From Haliotis rubra (lineage: Eukaryota), in the NCBI RefSeq assembly GCF_003918875.1, contig NW_025765225.1:1302001-1366000 (forward strand): 64,000 nt of DNA. Direction: 5' to 3'. The position numbers and the translations under genes are program-made. The first letter of the stretch is position 1, and each line of letters starts with the position of its first letter. This document shows, in pieces, positions 13,816 to 26,346 of this stretch. Under the pieces are notes generated by a model. It was not told where the DNA came from. It searched no databases and saw only the letters and a program-made list of their open reading frames with translations.

Positions 13816-14412
13816 TGTTTTAATTAAAATATCCTAATTACTTTTTCTCCATAGGTAACCGAGTTATTAGAACACTGTTGTGGTATACAACTCGATTTAT
13901 TTTATAAGTTTCATTTTCAAACCATTTTCCTGACGCTCTCGGTGTGAAGATCATTTTAAAAATGATTAATTCATTTCGGCGTTTTCAATTCACTGTGTGG
14001 TTTTATGTTTTCAAGGTGTAAATGCTTCACTTATGATCAACAGGACAGGGTCCAGAGACAGGATTGATAAGCTTTGTCACGCTGGTTAACGAGGTTGAAG
14101 GGTAACGGCATTTGAGATATTTGTGACATCGACTAGACTAGGCAAGATAACAGTCGTGATAATACGGTGAATGACACTCACGTTCAAGCGTACCGCGAAA
14201 GGTGGATGCGTAAACTTTCCTGGTACAGACTGGCACATTGTAAACTTCAAACAGTATTCTTGATGGTTGATGATATTTTCCTCTAGGACTCATGGAGTGT
14301 GTGAGGTAGAAATATGATTTTCAGACTTTAAAATATGTAGACGGAATTTTGCTATTCTGTGTTTTGTGTTCTTTATTGACAGTTCGTGAGTGCATAATTA
14401 CCACTGACGAAA

Positions 14413-17400
14413 ATGGTGGACATCGATAAAGTATTCACCGTTGACCTTAACTTCAACAAACATGCACCCGTGGATGTCCGAGTGGAAGACCTGTCCTATT
14501 CCGTCAGTGACAGGCCAGTCAAGATATGGCAGAGACTGGCGGCACTACAGATGCCTTGGGAATGGTTAGAGGAACCGCAGACCAAACTGGTGCTCAGAAA
14601 CATCTCTTTTGCAGTCAAGAACGGCAAGATGTTGGCCATCATGGGAAGCTCAGGTATGTGAGGGAGCGAATCTCTGAACGCAAGGTATCAAACTTAATGC
14701 GGGAGGAAAGCCCATTAAAGCAGCCTAATAATAAGTCGTTTACAACTTTGTTGAAGCCTACGATTACGGTTATGGTGTTGTCTTATCATAATAAATGGAT
14801 GCCTATTACGATCAAATACACCATCTTCAATCAGTTGCCACTGAACCAGTTGTGATGACTGCAGACATACAATCAAATACATGTAGTTGCAGGTTTTCAA
14901 GAAGTATATGCCTCTGATGTATTAAAACAAACCTCTTTTATATAACGAATAGACATGTTAGCGACAATGACAGAACAATCGTCCTGATCTTGAGATTATT
15001 TTTGAAACCGATTTTGACAACCAAGGTCGAATATATAATGAAAACAAATTATAGAAGTAATAAAAATTGTTACTTGAACTTGGAAAAGTTGGGTTTACGG
15101 ATATCTCTCTTTTCAAATATTGAAATGTCTTTTTCTTGATGTCGCCCTCAAAACTTCTTTGGCCAACAGGAAGCGGAAAGACGTCACTGCTTGACGTGAT
15201 TGCATGCAGGACGATGACAGGGGAGGTAACCGGTGAGGTGTACCTGAACGGTGTTGCACGAACCAGGACTATGTTGGACGCCTGCTCAGCCTATGTGCGA
15301 CAGGACGACCGGCTGCTCGGAAACCTGACTGTGAGAGAGACACTTATGTTTGTAGCACAGCTGAAACTTCCAACCAATATGAAACAGATTGAGGTGGAAG
15401 ATAGGGTGAGTGACCGGGGAATATGCACAAACGAAGGAGACATGCATGTATCTAATTGGAAAATAATAAACATTCTGGTCACTCCTGATTAGGCCTGTGT
15501 CCGGCACTCTTTTACCGACACTGTAAGGTGTAAAATGAGTAGTTAATAGTTGTATAATCAGTGAACAAATCAGTCGTAAGCTTAAAAAACCCAACTCTTT
15601 TCCATGTTGTGGTTAAAATATTAGACCTAGATGTTTTTTCACCTTCGTATCTCATCACAGCATGAAGCGTTTCTCATGACATCAACCCTCTTTAACGTGC
15701 TATCAAGGATTAGTTGGTTGGTTTGTTGCTAAACACAGCACTCAGCAATATTCCAGCTATATGGCGGCGGTCTGTAAAAATCGATTCTTGACCAAACAAT
15801 CCAGTGATCTACATCATGAGCATCGTCCTACGCAATTGGGTAACGATGACATGTGTCAACCAAGTCAGCGAGCCTGACCACCCGATCCCGACAAGCATGA
15901 TCCTCTTACGGGTCAATTCTAATCCGGGCTACCAAGGAAGAAAGATACACATCATCGAGAGATTTAGAAAACGCACTTATATACACAATGCCCTTCAGAA
16001 TGTGGTACTTATGTCAGAGGGGTACACAGAGTACGTGATTTAGATACCCTGTTGTCAGACTCGGAAGAATCTGTACTTTACTGAGAAAGTGTACTCCCAA
16101 ATACACCATATGTTGAAACATGCACTTGTAAACTCTTAAATATCGTCGCTAATGCCTTTTTGATGTAGGTGAAGAATGTGATGTCGGAGTTGGGCCTGTC
16201 ACATGTTGCTGATACAAGGGTGGGAAACTCAGAGATAAGGGGGGTGTCAGGCGGGGAGAGACGAAGGATCAGCATCGGCATACAGCTTCTGGTAGACCCA
16301 AGTAAGGCACTGACAGTTCACTAAATCTTCATTTGAAACTTGTTTATCCAGGTATACTGTTTTAGGTGTTTCAATTGTTTATCCACTAATACAGTTTTAC
16401 GAAGTTGTGCTTGTTTGTCCAGGTATACAGTTATTTGTCCAAGTATACAATTTTAAGTGGTTGTTTTTGTTTGTGAACGTATACAATAAATGTGTGGTGG
16501 CGATTAGGTGCCTGACTCTGAGGGTGTGGGTTCGAATCCCGGATAGGACTCAACACAACAAAAGTAATAGAATTTGTACTTTACTGAGAAAATATAGCAT
16601 TTGTTACACGAATACAATAGTGTTGCCACGCATACAGTTTTATCTGTTTGTGTATGGTTTAATGGTATGGCGTTTCAGGCCATTCTATGCATCCAAGTAT
16701 GCTGTTTTATGTAGATTTGCTGCTTGTTTTTATCCAAGCATGCAGACTGTTTCAAAGGTTCATGTTTGTTTATCTAGATAAACTGTTATACGTCATCGGT
16801 TTGTATCCATGTATGCCGTTTCATTTTTAGGTGTTTCTTGTTTGTAGGTATATTGTTTTCTGTAATTGTGTTTGTTGTCCATACTCTTCTCTCACTGTGT
16901 TACAATTTTCCACGTACGCGTGGTTGCATATTTTGCATCTGTTTCAGGCATACTTTTTCTGGATGAGCCAACTTCAGGATTAGATTCCTTCACGGCTCAC
17001 CACCTCGTAAATACTTTGTCAAATCTCGCAAAGAACGACAGAACTGTCCTTCTATCCATACACCAGCCACGGTATGTACAGTGCGATTTGCTGTTTCTAT
17101 TGCTTCTGCAGAAGAGAATAGAATGTATGATTATGCTTACCAGTTCCGACATTCTAAAATTCTAATTCCACACTTCCATCTTGTGAATGTGTTGCTTGTT
17201 TAGCCTGTCAACAGTTCTGTAGTTTGTACACATACATATGTACGGCGTTCCCTAATAACCCATAAATACAAACTTCCACCAGGCTGTGTCCCCGTGAAAG
17301 ATGTGCAATAACCTTTTTGCTATACATGTATATCTACACACTCTTAAAATACCAAGCAATGGGGTTTTCTTCGCACAGGTCTGATACATACTGAGGGAAA

Positions 17401-20400
17401 CAAATAAGAAACACATGACAGGACAAGAGTTCCTTCATTCTTTTCAGTCAGTTTTTGACTATATGTTAAGATATGAAAATATAACGAAACAATGCGATAA
17501 GGTGGTGTTCCCTTATTTGTTTGTCTCAGTATATATGATTCCAGAATGTTGTACTGAATGTCGACTGGTGTTGCAGGTCTGACATATTCGAGTTGTTTGA
17601 CATGGTGTTGCTGCTGTCCCGAGGTCAGATCGTGTACTTCGGGGAGGCAAAGAAGATGGTGGACTACTTCACTGATCTCGGCTTTCCCTGCCCGGAACTC
17701 ACCAATCCCTGTGATCATTACAGTAGGTGCATCTGAGTAAGACAATGTTGAGCTGACACGTGTAGGTATACTGATGTAGTGATCAGAACAGAATCCGAAG
17801 ACTCAAGCTCTGTGACTTTCCAGCAGGCTCATGGCATTGTTTCAGTGTTTCAATTTGGTTGTTACCTATTTGGAGTTGGTACCTATTTTTAAAAATAAAT
17901 ACACCATGCTGCATCAACATTGTTTCAACGTTTTTTTAACATTAACCATTCATTATATGAAGGTGTGTTGAGATATGGCATTTTTAAACATATATTTCAA
18001 CATCATCAAAATTTTACCGCACAATCCCACCCCATACATTTCAGCGTTGTAACACAGCATTGTTTCAGCATTGATTCAGCATTGTTATGCTCGCTGGGAT
18101 GTGTACTCGTTCTCGATGGCGCAAACTTGGTGCTCATTGTTCAGTCATTGGTTTGTCTGGTCGAGATGTAAAAAAGATGGTGATATAAGTGTAATACTGC
18201 TGACATTCACGGGCTAATAAAGTTATTGTGATGTGTTATTGCAAACCAACCTAAACTTTTGTCTTTGTATCATACATTAGCCGCAGTGTTAGTTATGCAC
18301 TGTAGTGGCCTTGTATCACGTGAAACGACATATACCTACTGTTACACATTCATAAGGTGGATTCGAAAATCGACATCATCATATACTTGTTTCGGGATAT
18401 AGGACTTTATTTATGTTTTGGAAGTGACGACATGGTCTTCCCTTGTAGTGGATCTGGCGACGGTGGATACAACAACCGACAACACGGAAAACAGGAGTTC
18501 CGACATCTCCGACAGTTTGGTCGCGGCCTACACCCGCCATGCTGCCTCTGTAAGCCTGGAAGACATAAGTGATGATAGTAAGACCAAAAAGTCCGGATTC
18601 GACCCTATCGATGCAGCCTTCAAAACAAACAAGTACAATCCTGGCCAGCTAAAACAGTTTACAGTGCTTTTCAAGTAAGAAAGATCATTCCTACTGATAT
18701 TTGGTGAAATAAAGTCACACTGAAGTTAAATGTTCTATTCGTGTCTTCTTAACACGTGATCAATGTTCAATATGTCAGCCTTATGTTTAAGGTTTGTTTA
18801 GTCAAACAATAAACACAGACCTAGGCTTGAATCCATTTAAGCTGTATAGATAGCCGCACGTCACAGATTTAGAAAATCTAATTAATGTCTTCCATAGAGA
18901 CGGGAGCTCAGACAATATGTGCTTCTATGCCATAAGGGGCGGCGGGGTAGTCTTGCGGTCAAAGCATTCGCCCGTCACCCCGAGGACCAGGTTTCGATTC
19001 CCCACATGGATACAATATGTGAACCCCACTTCTGGTGAACCCCACCGGAATGTTGCTGAAAACGGCGTAAAACATAACTCACTCACTGCGTCATTAGGGA
19101 TAAATGTATGTGTTTTTTGACACTCCGATAGTCATTCCTTCATTAAAAAATCAGCACGTGAGTATCAATATGACATGATATATCTGAAGTACTTTTTGTT
19201 TTGAAATACTACAATATTAAACCTGAACGCTATTACAATTCATGTGTCATTTGTATTTCTTCTTCAGTCGGTCAATGAGGAATATAGTAGAGGATTATGC
19301 TCTACTCTTGATCCAGTTCCTGCAAGCTCTCTCCATGTCCCTCATCCTCGGATTTGTATTCTTCGAACTAAAGAGGGACCAGCTGTCTCTGAGGGACCAC
19401 TTTGGTTTGCTGTATATGATCAGCGTCATGTACCCCTACATGATCGTCCTGGATGTCATAGGCCAGTGTATGTAGTCAGTGAGACACGCCCTGTTAAAGT
19501 TATATGTGGACTATATACGATATATGTGGCAAGGCAATGACATACACCATACAAATGGAAACAACAAACTGAAAACGCCGATGACCCTTTAGCAATTACA
19601 TACTTGTCATAGGAGGCGACTAACGGGATCGGGTGGTCAGGCTCGCTGACCTGGTTGACACATGTCATCGTATCACAGTTGCGCAGATCGATGCTCATGC
19701 TGTTGATCATTGGATTGTCTGGGCCACTATTAAGGAGATCAGTCTACTGATCTTCAGTAAGCCATGCTTGTCGTAAGAGGCGAGTAACGGGATCGGATGG
19801 TCAGGCTCGCTGACCTGGTTGACACATGTCATCGTATCACAGTTGCGCAGATCGATGCTCATGCTGTTGATCATTGGATTGTCTGGGCCACTATTAAGTA
19901 GATCAGTCTACTGATCTTCAGTATCTTGTCGTAAGAGGCGAGTAACGGGATCGGATGGTCAGGCTCGCTGACCTGGTTGACACGTGTCATCGTATCACAG
20001 TTGCGCAGATCGATGCCAATGCTGTTGATCATTGGATTGTCTGGGCCACTATTAAGGTAATCAGTCTACTGATCTTCAGTAAGCCATGCTTGTCGTAAGA
20101 GGCGAGTAACGGGATCGGATGGTCAGGCTCGCTGACTTGGTTGTCACATGTCATCGTATTACAGTTGTGTAGATCGATGCTCGTGCTGTTGATCACTGGA
20201 TTGTCTGGTCCAGACTCGATTATTTACAAACCGCCGCCAAATAGCTGGAATACAGCTGTGTGCAGCATTAAACAACAACAAGCAAGAAAGCACATGCCTC
20301 CGCCCTGTAGCTAGAATATAGCCAACTGCTACGTCGAAGGGTGAACAAATATACTCTGTGCATTCTTGTGAAGCTTGTAAAATGAAGCACAAACGTTTTT

Positions 20401-23400
20401 CTCTCAATTATATTGTTGACGAAATCGGTGAAAAGAACTCTGCGCCGTTTATTTACTCCCTGTTAAACTCCACATATATATGTTTTATCTTGATGAAGTC
20501 GTATCCTCTATTTTATGATTTTAAGGAGAGGATAATGTTTGGAAGTACTTATATGAATGTTTCACCCAATTCCTGAGCGTCAGATATTTAGTGAAATGGG
20601 AGTACTATCAAATGTATTTCGACATAAACAAGCATATTTTGAGAAAATGGATATCAGTTATGAGTAAATGTAAATATTGACGCATAACCAGGATGACATT
20701 GCTCATGGGGTTTAGTCACAGCTATGTATGCCATCGTTCAATACAATACAATAATGTGCGAACGTAAAATCCGTACACATGTCCTTGACAAAGGAACGAA
20801 AAACAAGATAACACATTCCGTTAATAATCATGAGTAAATCGTCGCAACAAATATATGGCAACTTTCCTTCGTTTTTCCCCCAGATAAAAAAGACCCACAC
20901 CTTTTTTCTTTTTCAGGTCACAAGGAAAGACGATATCTGTATTTTGAGCTTCAAGATAAACTGTATTCAGCGGGGGCTTACTATTTTGCGAAGGTAAAAG
21001 TCCTTTAAATATAACACATGAGTTTAATGACGATCATATATTTAAAGATACCATACAATTATTACAATCGAGGTGTACAAATGACTTGTCCGTTATACCG
21101 CATTAAGTCACTGTGCAAACAGTGTCGTGTATAAATGAACATGATGTACTTGCATTTCATGTGACACATATTTAAAAAAATGCTTTGTGCTTCTTTCCTT
21201 GCTGTTTATTCCCCCGTTTTGGAAATAACGGATATAGCAGGCATTTGGCAGTCCGTTTCCTGTTTCCAGAGTCGAGTGAACCCATTAAATATTTTGTGTT
21301 GAAACTAGCTAAACGGATCAGTATACTGTTCTCGTTTGAATTGAACTCGTGAAGATCCAGGTTAGAAGAATTGATCTTCAGTAACCCATGTTTGTCGTAA
21401 GAGGCGAGTAACGCGATCGGGTGGTCATGCTCACTGACTTGGCTGACACATGTCATCGTATCCCAGTTGCATAGATCGATGCTCATACTGTTGATCACTG
21501 GATTGTCTGGTCCAGACTCGATTTTTTTTAAACCGCCGGCATATAGCTGGAATGTTACTGAGTGCGGCGTGAAACTAAACTCACTCACTCATTTGAATTG
21601 TGATTATTAAATTGTGTTCATTGTTCTAGGTTTTCATGACAGGTTATATTCATTTCTGAAAATGAGGGTAATCCGGGTTTCCATGTGCGCGTAGTGCGTA
21701 GTGCGTGATGAGTAGTGCGTAGTTGGTAAACAACACTTTATACTAAAAATGTGACAGCCGTTTCCATGCACGCGTGACACATGCTGCGTAGTGCCTTTGC
21801 TTACGCTCAAAATGTGTCCGAATAGGCATCACGCAGCTATTATGTACGGAGGCTGGAAGTAGGGATTCCCAAGGGATTTTCCCAACCTCACGTGGTTTTC
21901 ATTGCGCACACAAGTTTGCAAAATGCAAAGAATTCGATACCCGAGATAATTCGTGAACAATTAATTAAAATCGTTAGATACAATCCAGTCATCTACGATG
22001 CATATAAGGATGTTACGAAGATATGCAATATTTGGAACGCAATTACAAGGAAACTTTAGGATAACGATGACCAATTGCAAGAAAGGACTGGTATTTTGAA
22101 TATATATATTTTTAAACTTATCCTATCTCACGGTATGCACATCTCTTGTTCTTGTACGACCATGTGTGGAAACATGCTGTAGGCTAAGTTGAATCAAACT
22201 TTCTGGCCTCTGACCCCTGACCTCTGCTCCACTCCACAGCAAGACCTGTCAATCATCTCAATAAGCGTGCAGATCGCTTCGATGATCACCTGACAGCCTG
22301 CCCTTGTCATTCTCGTCTTGGAGCTTCCAGTAATCTGTGATGTGGGGCAGGTCGGGTGGGTATCCTTCGCGTGAGATAGGATAAGTATATAAATATTCAA
22401 TTTATTTTAAATTTACAAATTTTTAAACTTATCCTATCTCACGGTAGCCTATGCATTATCCCACGGTTGGAAGGCGGGCCGCAGATTACCCTGTGTCAAT
22501 TCTGCAACCGTAGGGTCGCATAACACAAGGAGGCCAGGAGAAAGCACCAACTCCCGATATGCTAACTCCAACTTGTGACGGGTTGCTTCGGATAACCCCT
22601 TGGCTTACTCCGCACAAAAACTCTAGGGAGTGGGCGCTCCCGAATTAATGTGGTTTTCAGCTGCAACTTTTGACAAGCAAAAGGACGCAGTTTGGCAAGT
22701 AGACCCTGCCTCCCCGCGATTTATCAAGTGACCCCAGTAATTAAAGTTGAAGTACCGTGAGATAGGATAAGTATAATATACATATACAATTTATTTTAAA
22801 AGTTCCAAATATTCATATGTCATGTTACGTTGAAAAGTTTTGTTTTGAATATACATAGCCTTTATACACGTACACATTGATTGTGACACTACGCATCACG
22901 CAATTACGCAGACAATACGTACACATGGAAACCTAGCTTAATGCTGATTTCCGGAGGAGAAACCGAAAACTGTTAAATAGTTCTGAATGACAGATCCTTT
23001 TTGTAGTAAACCGGTACGTTTTTTGGTGATTTGGGGATGTTTATATATTTATTTGTATGAGTATGAGGGCACCGCAGAACCCACGAACTGTTCAATTCTT
23101 TATAGTAAAACTTACTAGTATAGAACTGTTGCCATTTTATAATTTGGGATAGACATACCAATCGACATTATGTTTTTCTTCACTGAACTAAATGTATCCA
23201 ATTGCAAATTGCTAAACTTTTGGTATATGTAGGCGAACTCCATTTCCAAATTGCACAGGATAGGGGTAATTTATTGATGACTCTAGTTAGTATTCACAGA
23301 GTGCATTTTAGACAAAACTGAGTGATATGAAACACACCAAGGAACGACCCACGTTCAGTTATGTCAAATATGTCCTATTCACGCTTCACACCACTATCCC

Positions 23401-25312
23401 CCATGCAAATGTCACAGTAAATAGTATTTCTTCCTCCATTCGGCATAAACGAGCTGAGCATTGGTATATTTATATTATCTGTTGAAAGTACATGGCAAAA
23501 GTGATGACTTCGACTTTCCAGTAGTCAATTCGTCCTTTATGTCGAGCCCCTACAGAGCCGCCATGGTTGATCAGTAACCTTTTTACGATAATTTATAATC
23601 AAATATGATTTTCCAAAGCCATACCACTTCTATTTGTTATGATGGTTAAACATTCAATGCATTAGTAAATCTATCATAACGTTGTGGGAAACATGTGGAG
23701 GCATTAAAAAATGGTATCCGACAAAATGACCTATTTCGATGTACCTTTCCCATCGTGTTTGTGTATGCAAACACTTGACTCAGCTTTGTAAATGTACCTT
23801 TTACACATTTTTCAGTTACTGAGTGAGCTCCCATTCCACACGTTCTACGTGACAGTGTACACGATACCTATGTACTTCCTCGCCAACCTGGAACAGGACC
23901 CAGGGATCTTCCTCAAAGTCTTCGCCATCGTCTTCATCTCCGTCTACTGTTCCCGTAGCCTCGCTATGTTCTCAGCATCTCTAATGCCGACCTTTCAAAT
24001 TTCGGGATTTTTTGCGCAAAGCTTCTTCTCCATCTTCATAATGTCGGCCGGCTTCTTCATCAACCTCGATAACATCCTCTCCTGTGAGTATGACAGGGCA
24101 TTGATAGGTTATGACCATGGCAGTAAGTCAGTGACAGTGTTGTGGGGTACTTCTGTGGGTATGTTAGTGTCTTTTGTATTGTAGAAGTCGATAATGTGAG
24201 TGGGTGAGTGAGTTAAGTTTTACGCCGCACTCAGCAATATTCCAGCAATATTGCGGCGGTTTGTAAATAATAGAGTCTGGACCGGCAATCCAGTGATCAA
24301 CAGCATGAGCATCGATTTACGCAAATTGTGATATGATGACATGTGTCAACCAAGTGAGGAAGCCTGACCAAACGATTCCGTTAGTCGCCTACGACAAGCA
24401 TGGATTACTGAAGATCAATTCTAACCCGGATCTTCACGGGTCGTCTTTTGTATTGTAGATAATGAATTCCATGGTACAGTAAGCTAGTACCACCAAAATA
24501 TGATAGTACACGGCTAAGCAGAGATATGTGGAATTTTATGGAAACATATGCTTTATCAGGCACCTCCAAAGATATGATACGGCATCATATTTACCACCTG
24601 TATATATATAATTCCATATATCACCCATCGATAGCGATGATATGATATATCATCGTATATCATTCATCTGTGGTACATCGTGCAGGTACAACAGGCGTGC
24701 GTTATGGTATGTCACAATAAGCAGAGAAGTCATATGGTATGCATGACACTGAAGGTATATATGGCAAGGTATGATGCGGCAATGTGGCCATTTTACTGTA
24801 TATGATATGAGTGAGTGAGTGAGTATGGTTTTACGCCGCTTTTAGCAATATTCCATCAATATCACGGCTGGGGAAAATGGGCTTCACACATTGTACCGTG
24901 TTGGGAATCGAACCCGGGCATTTCGCGTGACGATCGAACGCTTTACCCACAACGCTACCCCACCGCACCGTATATGATATGATATATAATAAGTTACGTC
25001 TAATTTGATTCACAAAATATACAGAAGTAACATTTTTTCCTTGCAGGGTTAAGATGGGTGGCGGATGTGTCGTATCTCCGCTGGGGGTTCGAGGGTTTGT
25101 GCCTGGTTGTAGTGTCACCCCTTAACTTCACCTGTGACGGGACCCCAGAGGCGTTCTGTGTGCAGACGGGACAGGAAGCTATGGCCATGTATGCCTTCAG
25201 AGATGAACAAGTCTGGGAAGCAGTGGTAGGGATAGGTGGTTCCATCTTTGTCTTCTTGTCACTTTATTTTGTGGGACTGAAGTATATCCCACAAAAACCG
25301 CATGAAGCCTGA
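14413..25312 (+). CDS. ABCG8: ABC transporter G family member 8-like (sterolin-2-like), 10 coding exons, 638 aa
   Basis: Hand-spliced exons, all GT-AG with frame maintained: 14413-14653, 15170-15405, 16169-16301, 16948-17071, 17577-17722, 18449-18674, 19268-19467, 20917-20993, 23816-24083, 25047-25312 (TGA), total 1917 nt. Motifs: [68 protein letters not shown] and C-terminal KYIPQKP, all ABCG8-like. The 200/77/268-nt exons match human ABCG8 as I recall. Confidence 0.93.
15713..15927 (-). mobile_element. SINE family B copy with deletion
   Basis: Same body (CATGTGTCAACCAAGTCAGCGAGCCTGACCACCCGATCCCG) with a variant (CAAC)n tail. Confidence 0.8.
16492..16640 (+). mobile_element. Third tRNA-like-headed repeat fragment inside a degenerate tandem repeat
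   Basis: GGGTTCGAATCCC box B. The core TGTACTTTACTGAGAAA is also present at about 16072. Confidence 0.4.
18936..19087 (+). mobile_element. SINE family A copy
   Basis: tRNA-like head; GGCGTAAAAC..ACTCACTCACT tail. Confidence 0.8.
19605..20280 (+). repeat. SINE family B with about four tandem ~160-bp internal units
   Basis: Units start near 19605, 19768, 19926 and 20090; the last unit continues into the SINE tail. Confidence 0.85.
21344..21591 (+). mobile_element. SINE family B, full length with TSD
   Basis: TSD TTTGAATTG at 21335-21343 and 21592-21600. Confidence 0.9.
21670..22940 (+). mobile_element. Non-autonomous PIF/Harbinger-like DNA transposon with MADF remnant
   Basis: Imperfect TIRs (GGTTTCCATGTG...GCGTGATG at left, inverse at 22888-22938) in a TAA/TTA context. 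The region 21940-22059 encodes [35 protein letters not shown], a MADF/Myb-SANT-like N-terminus typical of Harbinger ORF2. Confidence 0.7.
22115..22810. repeat. Two inverted-repeat-bracketed cassettes (L-X1-R-L-X2-R)
   Basis: ACTTATCCTATCTCACGGTA at 22116-22135 and 22427-22446. The inverse CGTGAGATAGGATAAGT is at 22370-22386 and TACCGTGAGATAGGATAAGT at 22753-22772. The two interiors are unrelated. Confidence 0.85.
24196..24442 (-). mobile_element. SINE family B, full length
   Basis: Flanking direct repeat GTCTTTTGTATTGTAGA at 24169-24185 and 24443-24459. Confidence 0.9.
24811..24969 (-). mobile_element. SINE family A with TSD
   Basis: TSD GTATATGATATGA at 24798-24810 and 24970-24982. Confidence 0.85.
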
Positions 25313-26178
25313 TCCTTTAATAATTCCTGATGGTGGATCTAGCAATTAGCATTGTCTTAATGCTTCGGTTACATTACAAATGTGTTCTCGGTATTTTGTT
25401 TACCTTTATGTATTATTCTTCAACAGCGCTATCGTCTATACGTAAACTGGTAACCTATATATTACATCATTATTATAAAAGTCCTAAATATTCGATATGT
25501 TTGTGATTCAAAACCTGATATTTCTGTGCCTATACTGCTATGCATTTTACAATTTACATGTACATTGACATTTACATTTCTATTGTTGAATTTCGATACT
25601 GACATTCTGACAAAATATGTGTACCTTTTAGTGTACGCTTGTCTTGACAAATCATGTTCCTCGCCATTGTTAATTATCAGATATTATGAAGGGACTATGC
25701 CTGTTGAAGATTAACACTGAAACGTATGAGATGTATTCGCTGCACGCTATTTGCCTCACCACTGTTCATTTAAGAACGTATTCGTTCGTTCATGTTGCTG
25801 TGAAACAAATAACGCAACTGGACACAAAGGTGTACTGGACAAGGCTGTATATGAGTCAGATTGTTGGTAAATATCTACCAAACACAAAAACGTCACAGAC
25901 GTTGCCAATGCTGTGTCGAACTGGACTACTCTGCAATTGTTGTCGTCTTTATGGAACTGCTTTCCTGTTCTTGAATAATGTGTGCGTGTATATTCTTTAT
26001 ATATATGTGCGTTGTCATGTTGTCATACTTCTACCTGTGTACAAAGTACCTTTTGTTGAACTATATATTTTGACCGTACTAATGCGAAATGACTCATTGC
26101 AAGGTTTGGAGTAGATGTGAAAACGTGTACATTATTTTTTCATGCATTAACGTATTGTGTTCATTGCATAGTTGAATC

Positions 26179-26346
26179 GGTCGGTGGGGTAGCCTAGTGG
26201 TTAAAGCGTTCGCTCGTCACGCCGAAGGCCCGGGTTCGATTCCCCACATGGGTACAATGTGTGAAGCCCATTTCTGGTGTCCCCCGCCGTGATATTGCTG
26301 GAATATTGCTAAAAACGGCGTAAAACCATACTCAGCCAGCCAGCCA
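26179..26346 (+). mobile_element. SINE family A, full length (tRNA-Asp-like head), probably within the ABCG8 3' UTR
   Basis: Head GGTAGCCTAGTGGTTAAAGCGTTCGCTCGTCACGCCGAAGGCCCGGGTTCGATTCCCC with a GTC anticodon-like loop. 13-bp TSD GCATAGTTGAATC at 26166 and 26347. Tail variant (CAGC)n. Confidence 0.9.

Noticed and set aside
3464-25312. Both reconstructed CDSs total exactly 1917 nt with 10 exons
   Set aside because: Individual exon sizes differ apart from ancestral shared ones (133, 200 nt). Equal totals are best explained as coincidence between similar-sized paralogues.
25526-26114. 62- and 142-aa plus-strand ORFs after ABCG8
   Set aside because: No recognisable motifs; probably 3' UTR (candidate AATAAA at 27285).
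26179-26250. tRNA-Asp-like sequence
   Set aside because: It lacks a proper acceptor stem, is fused to a SINE body and tail with a TSD, and occurs in many copies. It is a SINE head, not a tRNA gene.
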